The notes: generated by a model not told the origin, from the letters alone. 64,000 bases of DNA from the human T2T-CHM13v2.0 reference genome, Homo sapiens (GCF_009914755.1 NC_060926.1); one strand, 5' to 3'. Positions 19,540-37,930 are shown, numbered from the stretch's first letter. Translations and numbers: made by a program.

Positions 19540-20560
19540 TGAATACTTACATTATGCCAGGGTCTGTGCTAGGCTTGAGACCATAGAGATGTCAAGAGAG
19601 CCATAGGGCATAATCCTTGCTTTATGGAGCTTGCATTCTAGCGAGAGACTGACAAAAACCCAATCAAACATATAAACAGATAAATTAGAATGTGGTTTAT
19701 GGAGCTTGCATTCTAACGAGAGACTGACAAAAACACAATCAAACATAAACAGATAAATTGTAATGTGGTTAATACTAAGAAGGAAATAAACTAGGTAAAA
19801 AGAGAATAATGGGATGGAGAGAGAACAAACTTCAAAAACAGTGGCCAGGGAATGCATTCCTGAGGAGATATTTTAGCCAATCCCAAGGATGAGAAGAAGA
19901 CACCTTCTGAAACATGGGGGCCAGGTGGGAGCAGTGACTTGTAGCAGGAGGGGTGCCCTGAGTCAGGAGAGAATTTGGCTTCTCTGAGGATGTGGAAAAG
20001 CCAGTGTCACTAGACAGTAGTAAGCAGGAGAGTAGTAAGCAGGTGGGTACGAAGTAGAAGAGGAAGGCAGAGCATAGCACGGGGTTTGGGAAAACAGCGG
20101 AAAGTTTAAACAGGGAAGTAGCAGGATCTAGTGTACATTTTAAGATGGTCCCCTCTGGCTGCCAGGTCTAGAATGGATCAGAGGAGGACAAGAGAGAAAT
20201 GTTGTGATTTGGACTAATGTGGTGGCATGGACTGATGTGGCGGCAGGGGTGACAAGAAGAAAGGATGGGCAGATTGTAATATATTTTAGAGGTGGAATTG
20301 ATCAGACTTGCTGATGAATTGGATACAGAGAGAGAAGAACTAAGACCATTAATAGGCTCAGATGGGTCAGAAATGCAATGTCTGAGACACCAGAGCATAG
20401 CTGTCAGCAGATATTTGGATCTGAGTGCAGGACACAGAGGAGAGGACTAGGCTAATGTAAATATAAAAGTAATCACTGTGGGAGTAGAGATTAGAGAGAG
20501 AGTGAGTAGAGAGAAAAGAGAAGAGGGCCTGGTCTGAACCCTGAGGAGGGAGAGGCTGCA
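19540..20560 (-). mobile_element. L2 fragment (further L2 pieces near 1050-1480, 34385-35270, 36420-38700, 41540-41925)
   Basis: atatttattgaatacttac...ccagg...tgtgctagg 3' end and purine-rich L2 body. Confidence 0.7.
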
Positions 20561-20614
20561 TGGCTATGAAGTTGGAGCCAGTGTTGTGTTGATGCAGGAG
20601 GAGCGTGAGAATGT

Positions 20615-21070
20615 ATTATGCTAGTATTTTCCATTTGCTCCCGTCCATCCGTTCTCTACCTTCCTTGGCTTTGCTCTGTGCCCCAGGGAACTGATCATTA
20701 TGGATTGCAACACCCCAACTCCCTGGCCCTCTGGCTATTGGTTGGATCAGCCAATGGAAGTACCAGCAGGAGATACAAGAGGAGAGACACACTAAAAATT
20801 AGGAAGCCATAATTCATTATGGCAAGGCAGTGGCTGTATTTCTCTGCCACTGTGGCTCCTACTGGGCAGGCCCTGCTTGCCCGCTTCCAGCTCTCACTCC
20901 AATTCTACTGCTTCTCCTCCTTGCTGCTCCGGCATTAACACTTCCCCATGGGTGCTAATGCCTCAGTGCTGCAGCACTCTTCTTAGTCCTGGAATCTGCC
21001 TGCCACTCTGTAACTAGTACTTTCCTAAAATTCTGTTCAGAATTCACATGAGTATGCAATCTGTTTCCTG
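20615..21070 (-). mobile_element. LTR33-like ERVL LTR
   Basis: ctccctggccctctggctattggttggatcagccaatggaag...cagcaggagat. Confidence 0.55.
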
Positions 21071-21384
21071 CTTCCCTTGCCACCTCAGAGACACCTTGGA
21101 GACGCCTCTCCATACTGTCTCCTAGCAGGAAGTCATTGTTAGTTGTCACTAGCAGCTTGTTAGCCTGGAGGTGGGAAGTCAGGGGCTTGTGCTGTCTGTT
21201 GTTCTGATTAACCCTCAGTATCAGGCAGGCACTATGTCTCAGGGTCTTGGGTGCTGGTGGCATTCTCTGTGTTCATACCCCCATCCCAGATGTCATTCTG
21301 AGCCCAGCATTCTTTCTGTCCCTTCCCCAGGGGTAGAGAGTCTTGTTCTGTTTCTTCCCTGAGCTGCAATCAGTTTCCACAGCT

Positions 21385-21590
21385 TTTTCTTTCTTTTTCT
21401 TTTTTTCCCCTCCCCTCCCCTCCCCTCCCCACTCCCCCTCCCCTCCCCCTCCCCTCAGCCTTCCCCCTCCCATCCCCTCCCCCTCCCCTCCCCTCTCTCC
21501 CCTCCCCTGCCCTCACCTTTCTCCTTTCTTTTCCCTCTTCTCTGCCACCCTCCCACCTTCCCTTTCTTCCTTCTTTCTCTCTCTCTTTTG
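21385..21590 (+). repeat. Polypyrimidine (CCCCT)n-like low-complexity tract
   Basis: Direct reading. Confidence 0.9.
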
Positions 21591-21997
21591 GGGGAGGGGG
21601 ATCTCACTATGTTGCCCAGGCTGGATTCAAATTCCTGGGCTCAAGGGGTGCTCCCACCTCAGCCTCTGGAGTAGCTGGTACTACAGGCATGCTCCAGTGT
21701 GCCTGGCTGCTTTTCACAATGTCTTAGGCTAATGGTGTTTGTTGCCTTCCCACAGCACCTAAGGCTTCTATTCCTTTGGAGAGACAGGGAAGAAGCATCC
21801 AGTGAGGGTTCTGCCTTTCCCACAGTGACTGTGTCCCCCTTCCCCAGGCCTACACCATGAGGGACACTCTCAGGATTCTTGCTCTTACCTGAGTCTTTTT
21901 TGTAAGGTCCAGTGAGGTCCATGGAGACAAGCTTTTGAGTGATTGCAAATTCCTCTTGTGTCTATGGTCCCCAGGGGTTCTATATTCTCTGGGCAGC

Positions 21998-22790
<793 letters not shown>

Positions 22791-23541
22791 TAGCCCATAC
22801 TCAGGTTTTAGCAATTAAAGTATTTGGTTGAATTCTTCTTCTTGCCAGTGTTTGGTGGTGACTGCTCCAGGTGGCAAGAGCTCATGCCCCAGCTCTCTTT
22901 GCAGGTGCCCGTCTTTCCTAAGATTTCCGGTTAGTAGGTTGTTCTGTCTCTTCAGCTCTCTGATGCGCTCAAGAAGAGTTGTGAATTTTCCGATGGTCTG
23001 GCTTTGTTGTTGTTACTGTTGTGATTGTTTTTGTTGCTCTAAGAGTGGGGTGCTCTTTCCAGATTTCTACAGCTTAAGCAGAAGCCACAGGCCTCTCAAA
23101 GCTTAAGCAGAAGCACAGGCCTCTCTCTCCTCTCTACTACTCAGGGAGGTGAAGAAAGAGTCTAATTTGTTCATTCCCAAGTTAGTTTTTTTTTTTTTGC
23201 TTCCTCCTGCTTCCATAATTCTTATGCCTCTTCCAGGATTGGGACATAGGATAATAGAATAGAGGAAGGAATGAAATAATTCAATTTCTGGAGCCGATGG
23301 AATTCTTCTTTGACCAACACTGGATGTTTTTCATTTCTACCATTACTACAGACATCTAAAATCTGGCCATGATATGGGTTATAGGTATGGGTTACATGGG
23401 TGACCTCTGCTAGGACTGCCAAACTAATGCCGTTTCCCAGTGTGAGTACTCTCTGGGTGATCTTTTGTGACTCTCCCAGCCTCTGCTCCTGGTAGTCTAC
23501 TGTACTTGTACAGCTTTTTTTTTTTTTTTTTTTTTTTTTGA

Positions 23542-23700
<159 letters not shown>

Positions 23701-24099
23701 TAGTAGAGATGGGTTTTCTCCATGTTGGTCAGGCTGGTCTTGGAACTCCTGACCTTAGGTGATCCACCCACCTTGGCCTCCCAAAGTGCTGGGATTACAG
23801 GCAGGAGCCACTGCGCCCGGCCCTATTGCACAGCTTCTTACTGCTGAGATCCTCTTGTCTTGGCTCTTAGCTCTCTTAGGTGAAGTACCTTCAAAATGGA
23901 TTTCTTGGGTTCTTTTGGACCACAAACTCATACATCCTTGTCCCCCAAATAGGTAAAATTATAGCTTGTTTGAACTATTGATCTCTATTCTTGCTCTGCC
24001 ATTTCTGGTGGCTTCAGGTAGCCTCTGTCTTCCAAATTCTCTGTGGGAAGCAGGCACTAGTGTCCATATTCTTAAATGTTCCTGGTATGGCCACTTTGC

Positions 24100-24810
<711 letters not shown>

Positions 24811-26078
24811 GCTTAGTCTAGCTCTAGGGGACATATGGCAAGACTTCCTGATAACTCTGTTCCTGGGCCTGGGCTTGGCTTCTAACTCATGATAGCACAG
24901 GACTATTGTACAGCTTAATAAATGTCTAGTTGGAGAGGGAGATGCCAATCTTTTCCTCATTCTCTACTGTGGTTCTCTTGGGCTCCCATTGCTTAGTTTG
25001 GAGGGTAAGATAGGGAAGAGGGACTCTGACTTCCTCCACAGAGAGGGGAGAAAAATGTCACATCATTTCTAACTAGGCTGGCAACTCTCTACCTCAATGC
25101 CTCTCATCAATCTGTGTTCCAAATTTCTACTATTCTGCTTTTTGGCTGGAATGAGTGATAGGAGTTAATAATTATGGACTAGTTCTGCTATCTTAGATTT
25201 TATAGAGTGTTGGGGCAATTATTACTCATTGTTTTCAGTTTTAGAGCCTTAACTCAAATTCTGAAACCATGGGAAAAGCGCTCATTCAACATCCGGTTAT
25301 ACACAGAGGAGGAGGAAAATTTCTTTCATTGGGATGGCAGAGAGTGTAAGGCTGAGAACGGATGCAGGTGAATTAGTTTCCTTCCCTCTCTCCCTCCCTT
25401 CTTTCCTTTCTTTCTTCCTTCCTTCCTTTCTTTTTTTTTTGACAGAGTGTCATTCTGTTGCGCAGGCTGGAGTGCAGTGACACGATCTCGGCTCACTGCA
25501 ACCTCCACCTCCTGGATTCAAGCTAGTCTCCTGCCTCAGTCTCTCTAGTAGTTGGGATTACAGGTGTGTGCCACCACACCCAGCTAATTTTTTTTTTTTG
25601 TAGTTTTAGTAAAGATGGGGTTTCACCATGTTGGCCAGGCTGTTCTCGAACTCCCGACCTTAGGTGATGCACCTGCCTCTCAAAGTAGTGGGATTACAGG
25701 CATGAGCCACTGTGCCCAGCCAGATGCAGGTGCATTAGAAGATTTGCTTAAGGGAGGATGGGAAAAATTTATTTGGCTTCAGTCTCTAGTGAATTTTGAG
25801 GCAAGGGGAGCAGCTGAGAGTAAGGGGGGAAAGAAGGTATGTGAAGTTAAGGGAGGAAGTGATTTTGGGGGATGGAAGAGTAAGTCTATTCAAGAAACAC
25901 AGTTGGATTGCTGGACAGTGGTGCCTTGCTACATGGCCTTTGAAGTTTGTGATCATGAATTTCAAGAGAAACCAGTCTATTCAGTTGGGTGACTTTTTTT
26001 TCTAGCAAATTGTACCTGTTTGGTGCAGGCATGGAAAAAGCAAATGGTAGGATTCATCTGGGGTTGGGGTTTTCTAGG

Positions 26079-26749
<671 letters not shown>

Positions 26750-26827
26750 CTAGGCAAGGATGACTGAGGGAGAGAGGGGCAAAGGAGTTATGGATGTTTG
26801 CAGAAGAGTGATTATAAGGAGGGGACC

Positions 26828-27618
26828 CCGTCTGAGAAGTGAGGAGCCCCTCCGCCCGGCAGCCGCCCCGTCTGGGAAGTGAGGAGCGTCTCCGCCCGGC
26901 AGCCACCCCCTCCGGGAGGGAGGTGGGGGGGTCAGCCCCCCGCCCGGCCAGCCGCCCCGTCCGGGAGGTGAGGGGCGCCTCTGCCCGGCCGCCCCTACTG
27001 GGAAGTGAGGGGCCCTTCTGCCCGGCCAGCACCCCGTCTGGGAGGTGTACCCAACAGCTCATTGAGAACGGGCCATGAAGACAATGGCGGTTTTGTGGAA
27101 TAGAAAAGGGGGAAAAGTGGGGAAAAGATTGAGAAATCAGATGGTTGCCGTGTCTGTGTAGAAAGAGGTAGACATGGGAGACTTTTCATTTTGTTCTGTA
27201 TTAAGAAAAATTCTTCTGCCTTGCGATCCTGTTGATCTGTGACCTTACCCCCAACCCTGTGCTCTCTGAAACATGTGCTGTGTCCACTCAGGGTTAAATG
27301 GATTAAGGGCGGTGCGAGATGTGCTTTGTTAAACAGATGCTTGAAGGCAGCAGGCTCCTTAAGAGTCATCACCACTCCCTAATCTCAAGTACCCAGGGAC
27401 ACAAACACTGCGGAAGGCCACAGGGTCCTCTGCCTAGGAAAACCAGAGACCTTTGTTCACTTGTTTATCTGCTGACCTTCCCCTCCACTATTGTCCTATG
27501 ACCCTGCCAAATCCCCCTCTGCGAGAAACACCCAAGAATGATCAATAAAAAAAAAATAAAAAAATAATAATAAATAAATAAAAATAAAAATGAAAAATAA
27601 AAAAAATAAAAAAAAATA
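26828..27618 (+). mobile_element. 5'-truncated SVA (VNTR end + SINE-R + A-rich tail), probably SVA_C/D
   Basis: GC-rich VNTR units, HERV-K LTR-derived SINE-R ending ...gaatgatcaataaa; TSD ATAAGGAGGGGACC at 26814-26827 and 27619-27632. Confidence 0.95.
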
Positions 27619-28110
27619 ATAAGGAGGGGACCATGAAATCTAGGCTAGACAAGGCGCTGTGGACATGAAGCCAAGAGAAAGTTGATGAATAGTGAGAAAT
27701 GGTGGGACCAATGGATCAAATGTTGAATTATAGCAATGAGGATAAAAAGGTGGTGGTTGTTTTCAAGGTTCATTCGTGTTATAGTATATATCACTACATT
27801 CTTCCTTTTTGTGGCTGAATAATATTTCATTGGATGGATATACCATGTTTTCTTTATCCACTTATCAGTTGATGGACATTTGGTTTGTTTGCAGAAATGT
27901 GAATTATTGGATTTTTTTTTTCCCAGTTAATTTTTACTGGGCTTCTGACATTTGCAGTTAAAAAAGTTTCACATACTGGTGAGTGTGAATGTCATAACAA
28001 TGTCAATTGCACAGAGTTTTTATAGGGATTATATATGTAATGGACACTGCTGCACTATCCAGAATACAGACTGTGTACTTGGGAAAATCAAGGAAGAGTA
28101 CATTCACACA

Positions 28111-28525
28111 TTTAGTTATCCAATTGGTCCAGAGCCCCAGAACTGCTCAGTTTGTTTGTCCCTAGGGAAGATACAGAAAATGTATCTGCTACTGCTCTTT
28201 TCATTGTCTGTGAAAAGTAAGCATTTATCTAAAAATTATGCTTTCTTACTTAATTTTTGTGTTTTACTTTTTAATATATATTTTTTAAGAAACAAACACA
28301 CCTATTCCTCATTGTCATGGGTTCAGTAAGAAAGCTGTGACTAGATAGCACTGCTGGCCCACAGTTTCTGCTCTGAGGAAAGCAGTAACAGAGGTTAGAA
28401 CATTTCCCTCCTTTGGAATGGTCACCCAGCTCTGCTGGTGCAGGTAGCAGATATCTCTTCTGTATCTTCCCTAAGAACGAACAAACTGCACAGTTCTGGG
28501 GTTCTGGGCCAACTGGATAACTAAA
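28111..28525. repeat. Inverted duplication, arms 28111-28195 and 28440-28525
   Basis: Manual alignment: 11 mismatches and 1 gap over 86 columns. Confidence 0.92.
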
Positions 28526-29441
28526 AACTCCCACTTTAAGGCAGAAGGTAGCAGCAGGTTAGATATGCCTGGATGATATTTGCTGCTGCAGTCTTTTTGT
28601 TTTTAATTGACAATAAGGGATAGTAAAAACCTTTTTCAGCCTGTTTTTGTCTCTTGGTGTACTGAACTTTTCCTTCATTCCAACACAAGACAATCAGAAA
28701 GGGTCTGCCTCCAGAAAGGATCACCCCTAATTTTTTCCAGATCTTAAAACAGCAAGGTTCAATGTTTAGACCCTCAGTGTCATGAGTGTTGCTCTGTGTC
28801 ATGCTACCGCCAATGACCATTTTGGTTATTTGCTACTTCTACCACCACCCATCATTGTCATTATTCCTAGGGAATAGATTTTTCTTGTGCTGACCACACT
28901 CCTGATGCTTTCGTACATGCAACTCAGTCACAAACTGCTACAGAGAAAGTTTTACTGGTTTGTGATAAACAGAATCAATTCACAAGTAGTCTTTGGTGTT
29001 TACTTGTGTGTTCTTAGATTTTAACTAAATGCAGTGCCCCCCTCCACACCCCATACCACTGGATTGTTGTCTAACTTTTCACATTGGTTAATTGTTCTTA
29101 GGATAGTGGGGTCATTGTTCCTTCTCACAAAACAAAACAGTTTCTTTAAAATCAGGATGAATGAGCAGTAATTGAGCATAAAAGCCTGACCTTGCCAACA
29201 GTGCATTGCATGCTTAGTCAAATTAGTTTAGACCATTACAGTTTATATTAATTGTGTTTGTCATTTGTAATTAATGTGAATTAAAATTTGGGGAATTTTA
29301 GAATTGTTTTGGTCAATTATGCTAGTGGGAATTACAGAACATATTAACGTGTTCTCTTGCTCCTTAAAATTGTTCTGTGTTTCTGTGTTTTGTTAATAGA
29401 ATAATTATGTCTTTGACCTGATTTTGGAATAGGCTATCTTT

Positions 29442-29744
29442 TGTTTTTTATTTTTTATTTTTTTTGAGACGGAGTCTCGCTGTCGCCCAGGCTGGAGTGC
29501 AGTGGCGCGATCTCGGCTCACTGCAGGCTCCGCCCCGCTGGGTTCACGCCATTCTCCTGCCTCAGCCTCCCGAGTAGCTGGCACTACAGGCGCCCGCCAC
29601 CTCGCCCGGCTAATTTTTTGTATTTTTAGTAGAGACGGGGTTTCACCGTGTTAGCTAGGATGGTCTCAATCTCCTGACCTCGTGATCCGCCCGCCTCGGC
29701 CTCCCAAAGTGCTGGGATTACAGGCGTGAGCCACCGCGCCCAGC
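29442..29744 (-). mobile_element. AluY (Ye-like)
   Basis: CpG-rich, 2-bp deletion in the GACAGAGCGAGAC tract; TSD TGGAATAGGCTATCTTT at 29425-29441 and 29745-29761. Confidence 0.88.
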
Positions 29745-31297
29745 TGGAATAGGCTATCTTTAATGTTAGCTCGGGGATAATGTGGAAACCATTCTTCACC
29801 CAATTTTCTCTGGTTTCCTTTGACAGTTGGCATAAGTCTGATCGGGAGAGAAGCAATCCATACATTTGAATTTTGGCTCATTGTGTAAGATGATAACATT
29901 GAGCCAAATTTAGAATGTCTTAGAGTAACTTGAGACTTTCTACTGAAATATGCTTACTGTGTCTTGGATATGAAACAGGTGGCTCAGCAGACAAGCATGA
30001 GCTGTTGTAATAAATGGACTATTATATGCAAAGAACCTTTACATTATCATCGTTAACCCTCATTAAAATCACAAGCTTTTAGCTTCTCACAGCTTATTTT
30101 CTTTTAAAGAGATGATGTTCAAGGTCATGCTGTAGTCTTTGAAATGTTTACATTTAAAATAAAACCTCGAGGGCCGGGCCGGGTGGCTCACGCCTATAAT
30201 CCCCTCACTTTGGGAGGTTGGGACAGGTGGATCACGAGGTCAGGAGTTCAAGACCAGCCTGGCCAAGATGGTGAAACCCCCGCCTCCACTAAAAATACAA
30301 AGATTAGCTGGGCCTGGTGGCAGGTGCCTGTAATCCCAGCTACTTGGGAGGCTGAGGCAGGAGAATCGCTTGAACCTGTGGGGCGTAGGTTGCAGTGACC
30401 CCAATGCACTCCAGCTGGGTGACAGAGTGAGCCTCCATCTCAATAAATAAATAAATAAATAAATAAAGCCTCTGCTTATTCTTGTGAATCAATCTTATGA
30501 GAGAGATGGATTTGAAGTTGAGCAGTAGTATCAACTTTAATTTTTTTTTTTTTTTTTTTTCTGAGATGGAGTCTCCCTCTGTTGCTCAGGCTGGAGTGCA
30601 TTGGTGCAATCTTCGCTCCCTACAACCTCCACCTCCAGGGTTCAAGCAATTCCCCTGCCTCAGCCTCTCCGGGTAGCTGGGACTGCAGGCACGCGCCACC
30701 CTCCCAGCTAATTTTTTTTGTATTTTTAGTAGAGATGAAGTTTCACCATGTTGGCCAGGCTGGTCTCCAACTCTTGACCTCAGGTGATCTGCACACCTCA
30801 GCCTCCCAAAGTGCTGAGATTACAGATGTGAGCCACCGTGCCTGGTCAACTTTAATATTTTATTGTCCTTTTCAGTCTCTCATATAGCTTTCAAAAATTA
30901 TTGAGTTCACAGAAATCCACTCACATTTGCAGTTTCTCTTTCTTTTAGCAATCCTTATCTCTTTTTTTCCTGGTTCTCATACGCATCATTCTCAATATCA
31001 CTAACCATGCATGGAGCCTATATCATTACGTGAGAAAGTACAGCAATTTCTTTAGTAAATGTGTTCACATTTCATCCCTTTCAATACAGACTCTGATGGA
31101 CTCTAAGCAAAGAAATGCCAGGGTGAAAAGGGTGTACGAGATTTCTCTTAGGCTTCTGCCTGGTTCTCATTAGGCCTTGTTTAATTTGGTTTTGGCTCTA
31201 GCTACATAGCCCAGTTTAATTTACCTCCCCTGCCCCAATATTTTCTTGTGGAAAATTTTAGTTTTAGTTTTTAACTTTTGTAAAATTTGGTTGCTTT

Positions 31298-32693
<1,396 letters not shown>

Positions 32694-32788
32694 TTCACAT
32701 TTATCATTTTATTTAATTGTAGAGCATGGCCATGCAGACTTGGCCTAATATAAATTCATGAGCAATGTGCAACTGGGAATTCAAGTGA

Positions 32789-33124
<336 letters not shown>

Positions 33125-33717
33125 TAGGTGTGAGCCGCCGCGCCTGGCGAGACTCTGTTTTCTCTTGAGAAATTTGCAAGGAGACATATGAGTATAATGA
33201 GTCTATATTTTGAGATATAAACTTATTCCTCTTTCCTAATATTTTATGCTATCCTACCATTGTCCCCAACCTAGGAAGTAACTAGGGTACTTTAAGTGCC
33301 CCTAGGAGAGATTGTTAAAAAGAAGAAAGAAAATAATAAATACTTTTTGAGTTTCAAAATACATACAGACCATATTTTGAAAGAAATGCTTTGTGAGAAA
33401 AGGGGCATAAAGTTCTGCATGCCATAAAAAGTAGATTAAGAAGAATATGGAATGATGTGAGGAGCATTTTTCCAGTATTTTGAAAAGACAGCCTAGAGAG
33501 AAGATAAATGCAGGTTGGAGAGGGGTGGTCATAGGGACTTAAAACTTGAGGATCTGTAATAGAGGAGACTTGAGCTGAATGAGTTTTCAGTCCCCCAAAG
33601 AGCCATATTCACTTGTGCCTCAGTGATTTTGCTTATGCTGCTTATACGTTTGTATGCGGCTCAGCTGATGTTTCTGTTGGGAGGCCTGCTTTAGCCTACC
33701 CGAGTCTACCGAGTTTC

Positions 33718-34347
33718 TGTAATAAGTAAAGGGTTAACTCAGTAGGCCTGGGTTCCTCAAATTCTGCACATTCCAAAGGTCTTCAGGAAGGGTCCTTGAA
33801 TGGTTCCTGGGAGGTAACCTCTGAGCCCTTAAAATATCCTTTCTGATAAGACTGTCTTTGTGTACCTGAGACTTTGGTTTACGTGGCTAGTTTATGCTAA
33901 CAATGTGATTTATGATAAATGCCTGTTTTTGTGTGACTGAGGCCCTGGGCCACACTGTATCAGTTTGACCTCTGGAAGGAGGCTGGAGATAGAGTAAGTA
34001 GAGTTGGTCATGCAGGTATCCCACACCTATGTGACTGACCCCAATAAAAACCTCTGAACAAAGGCTTTGTGGGGTTCCCTGGTTGGCAACACTTTGTGCT
34101 TGTTATCACGAATTGTTTAACTGGGGGAATTAAGTGCTGTCTGTGAGATTCCTCTGAGAGATGACAACTGGAAGCTTGTTCTTGGTTTCTCATGGAGTCT
34201 GCCCTATATACCTTTTTTTTTTTTTTTTTTTTGCTGACTTAAGTCTGCATTCTTTTGCTGTAGTAAACCATAATTGTGAGTGTAATAGCTTTTCTGAATC
34301 CTGTGAGTCCTTTCAGTGAATCATCAAACCTGAAGGTGATCTTGACA
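33718..34347 (+). mobile_element. MER77-like ERVL solo LTR
   Basis: TGT...aaagggttaactcagtaggcctggg start, internal AATAAA, CA end. Confidence 0.7.
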
Positions 34348-35973
34348 CTTTTTGATAATTTTTTTCTGTAACAATTATCACACTGTTCATTCATTCATTC
34401 ATTCATTCATCCATCCATCCATTTAACCAATGAACTATTGAAGCCTGCCATGTCCCAGGGATTGTGTTAAGCCTAGAGGTATAGGAGTAAACATAATAGG
34501 CACAATTCTTACCATCAGCGAGTTTATAGTCTGGTGGTGAAGGAGAGAAGTAAACAGATAAATACAATTCAGCGTAGTAGCAGCTATGATGGGCATAGTG
34601 CAGGGTGCCATAGGGAGCAGAGAGATAAGAGGCCAACACAAACTAGTGAGGAGGGTGTCAGGTCAAGCTTCCTAGAGTAGGTGAAGAGCTGCTTGCTAAG
34701 TAGGCAAGTGATAAAGGGGTAGAAAAGAGTGATTAAAGCAGAGGCAACACATATATAAAAACCAGGAAGTGAGAAAAGTGAAGTGATTTTATTTTATCTG
34801 GAAAGGAATTTTTGTGGTTGTTGTTTTGAGACGGAATCTTGCTCTGTCACCCAGGCTGGAGTGCAGTGGCGCGATCTCACTGCCACCTCAGCCTCCTGGG
34901 TTTGAGTGATTCTTGTGCCTCAGCCTCCAGAGTAGCTGGGATTACAGGCACCTGCCACCACGCCTGGCTAATTTTTGTATTTTTAGTAGAGATGGGGTTT
35001 CACCATGTTGGCCAGGCTGGTCTCAAACTCCTGACCTCAGGTAATCCACCTGCCTCATCTTCCCAAAGTGCTGGGATTACAGGCATGAGCCACGGCGCAT
35101 GGCCTGGAAAGGAATGTTTGAGGGAAAAAGTGGCAAGAGATGAGGCTGGAGAAATATGTAGTGGCCAGAGTCAAGTAAGCCATGGTATGCTTCTCTTAAA
35201 CGGATGTGAAGAAGTCTAGATTTGGGAGAAAAAAGGTGAGTTCAGGTTTGGTCATGTTGATGTTGTTTAATGGTTTCTTCTTCCCTTCATCTGTAAGTTC
35301 CATAAGGTCAGGCAATACTATTTATTAAATATAACTTATTCTGTTGTAAGCCAATAGTATCATTCCTAAGATGCTTATCACTACGAAAAGTATATTATCA
35401 AAACCATTGTTTCCGGAGATTAAGGAAATTAGGAGTTGGAGAATTTTTAGAGGGGCAGTATCAAAGTTATTTTTGCTGCAGGGATTTCAATAATAAAGGA
35501 ATTTTGAATATAAATATCTTTAGTTATTAGATGCTAAAAATAATAAATTATTTTAAAACTGACAAAATAAACTTCTTCACTTTCATTACATTCCACTCCC
35601 TCCACTTATTCTTTTCTTTAATCTTTGGCCTTGACCTGGCAATTTTACTTGCAGCATACCTCGTAAACATCAAAGGTAAACGTAAGAGCAAACGCATTGC
35701 CCAGGTGAATAAATACCTTAGAGTAGCCACTCATTCCAGCAAAGTGGCTTTGTGTCCTATGCTTTTATACATGTAGTCAGCATCAGTTCTGTATCACGAT
35801 CAAATTATTAAAGTACTGATCACATTATGGCCTAGGGAAATTATGAAAATTAGCACTATTGGAGAAATGGTTGCTATCCATTCCCCCATGATATGAAATG
35901 GCATCTTTGTAATACACTCAATTCCTATATATATTTTGTTTGTTTGTTTGTTTTGTTTTGTTTTGTTTTTTGA

Positions 35974-36270
<297 letters not shown>

Positions 36271-37587
36271 TAAAACAAAACAAAAAAACTCTTCAGGAGA
36301 TTCTGATATTTAGCCAGCTTTGTGTATGATGACTATAGATGATGTAAAGATATGTACTATAAGTCAGAATTCCTCTCTAGAAAATCAGTCCTGAAAGTGA
36401 GATGGCATGAACACAGCATTTCAGTTTAACCAACATTTATTGAATGTATGAGACACTGGGCTAGGAGATGGAGCTATAAAGATTAGTAAGTCATGGACTT
36501 TGCCCTTAACTCTGTTAATGAAAGAAACAAACACACAGCCAGGTAGCTTCAAAAGAAACCATGGTGGTCCGGCATGGTGGCTCATGCCTATAATCCCAGC
36601 ACTTTGGGAGGCGGAGGTGGGCAGATTACTTGAGGTCAGGAGTTTGAGACCAGCCTGGCCAACATGGTGAAACCCCATCTCTATTAAAAATACAAAAATT
36701 AGCTGGGCGTGGGGGTGGGTGCCTATAATCCCAGCTACTTGGAGGCTGAGGCAGGAGACTCGCTTGAGCCCAGGAGGCAGAGGTTGTAGTGAGCCAAGAT
36801 CACGCCATTGCACTCTAGCCTGGGCGACAGGGCTAGACTGTCTCAAAACAAACAAACAAACAAACATGGCAAGGTGCTATGATAGAAGCCCTGTGCACAG
36901 ACTTCTGCTTGCTGAAGAATTCCAGGAAAGCTTCCTGAGAAAGATGAATTTTGAACTCAACCAGAATGACATCACCAGGTACAGAAGTGGAGCTGAGGAT
37001 GCCAGAGGCCACTCCTGGCCCGACTCATTGTATCCTGTGTGACTAGCACTCCTGGGGTAATGCAATGGGGGCAGTTCTGGAAGAGGGGTCTTGAAGGGAA
37101 GATCAGCCCAGGCAGAACAGAGGTGGAGAACTGTAAAACAGCAGAGTGTGTTTAGGGAACTGGAATCAGTTTGCTCTTACTGTACTGTAAACTGTAGATG
37201 GAAAGTGGTAAGATGCAAAACTAGAGGATGGGTGATTCTGTGCTGTGGATCCGGGACTGCACTCTGTAGGCAGTGGAGAACTATAGGTGGGTTTAAGTAG
37301 GAGAGAGATGTAAAGGTCTGAATTTCCAAGATGTCTCCTGTGGTAGTGTGGAGGGTGAACTTGAGGGGGTAAGATCAGAAGACAAGAAAGAGACTAGTTG
37401 CTGTAGTTCCGTGAGTGATGAGGATGACAAGAACTAGGGCATTGCAAGAGGGCAGAATGGGTGTGAATGTTAGAGATGTTCAGGGCATCCAGAATTTGGT
37501 TTATGATTACAGTAAAGGCTGAGGGGAAGGGGGGACTCCAGGATGACTCCCAGGTTTCTGAGAGATTTAGAGTGTGAGAGAAGATGA

Positions 37588-37930
<343 letters not shown>

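Noticed and set aside
26828-27045. Array of GC-rich repeats with variable spacers
   Set aside because: SVA VNTR, not a CRISPR array; no tRNA, rRNA or NUMT was recognised anywhere in the window.
28548-28590. Hairpin with TAGCAGCA, resembling a miR-15/16 seed
   Set aside because: Stem only ~12 bp and total ~42 nt; too short for a pre-miRNA.
35548-35730. 60-aa basic ORF on - strand
   Set aside because: No recognisable homology; it is the antisense of the TM5-like + strand frame.
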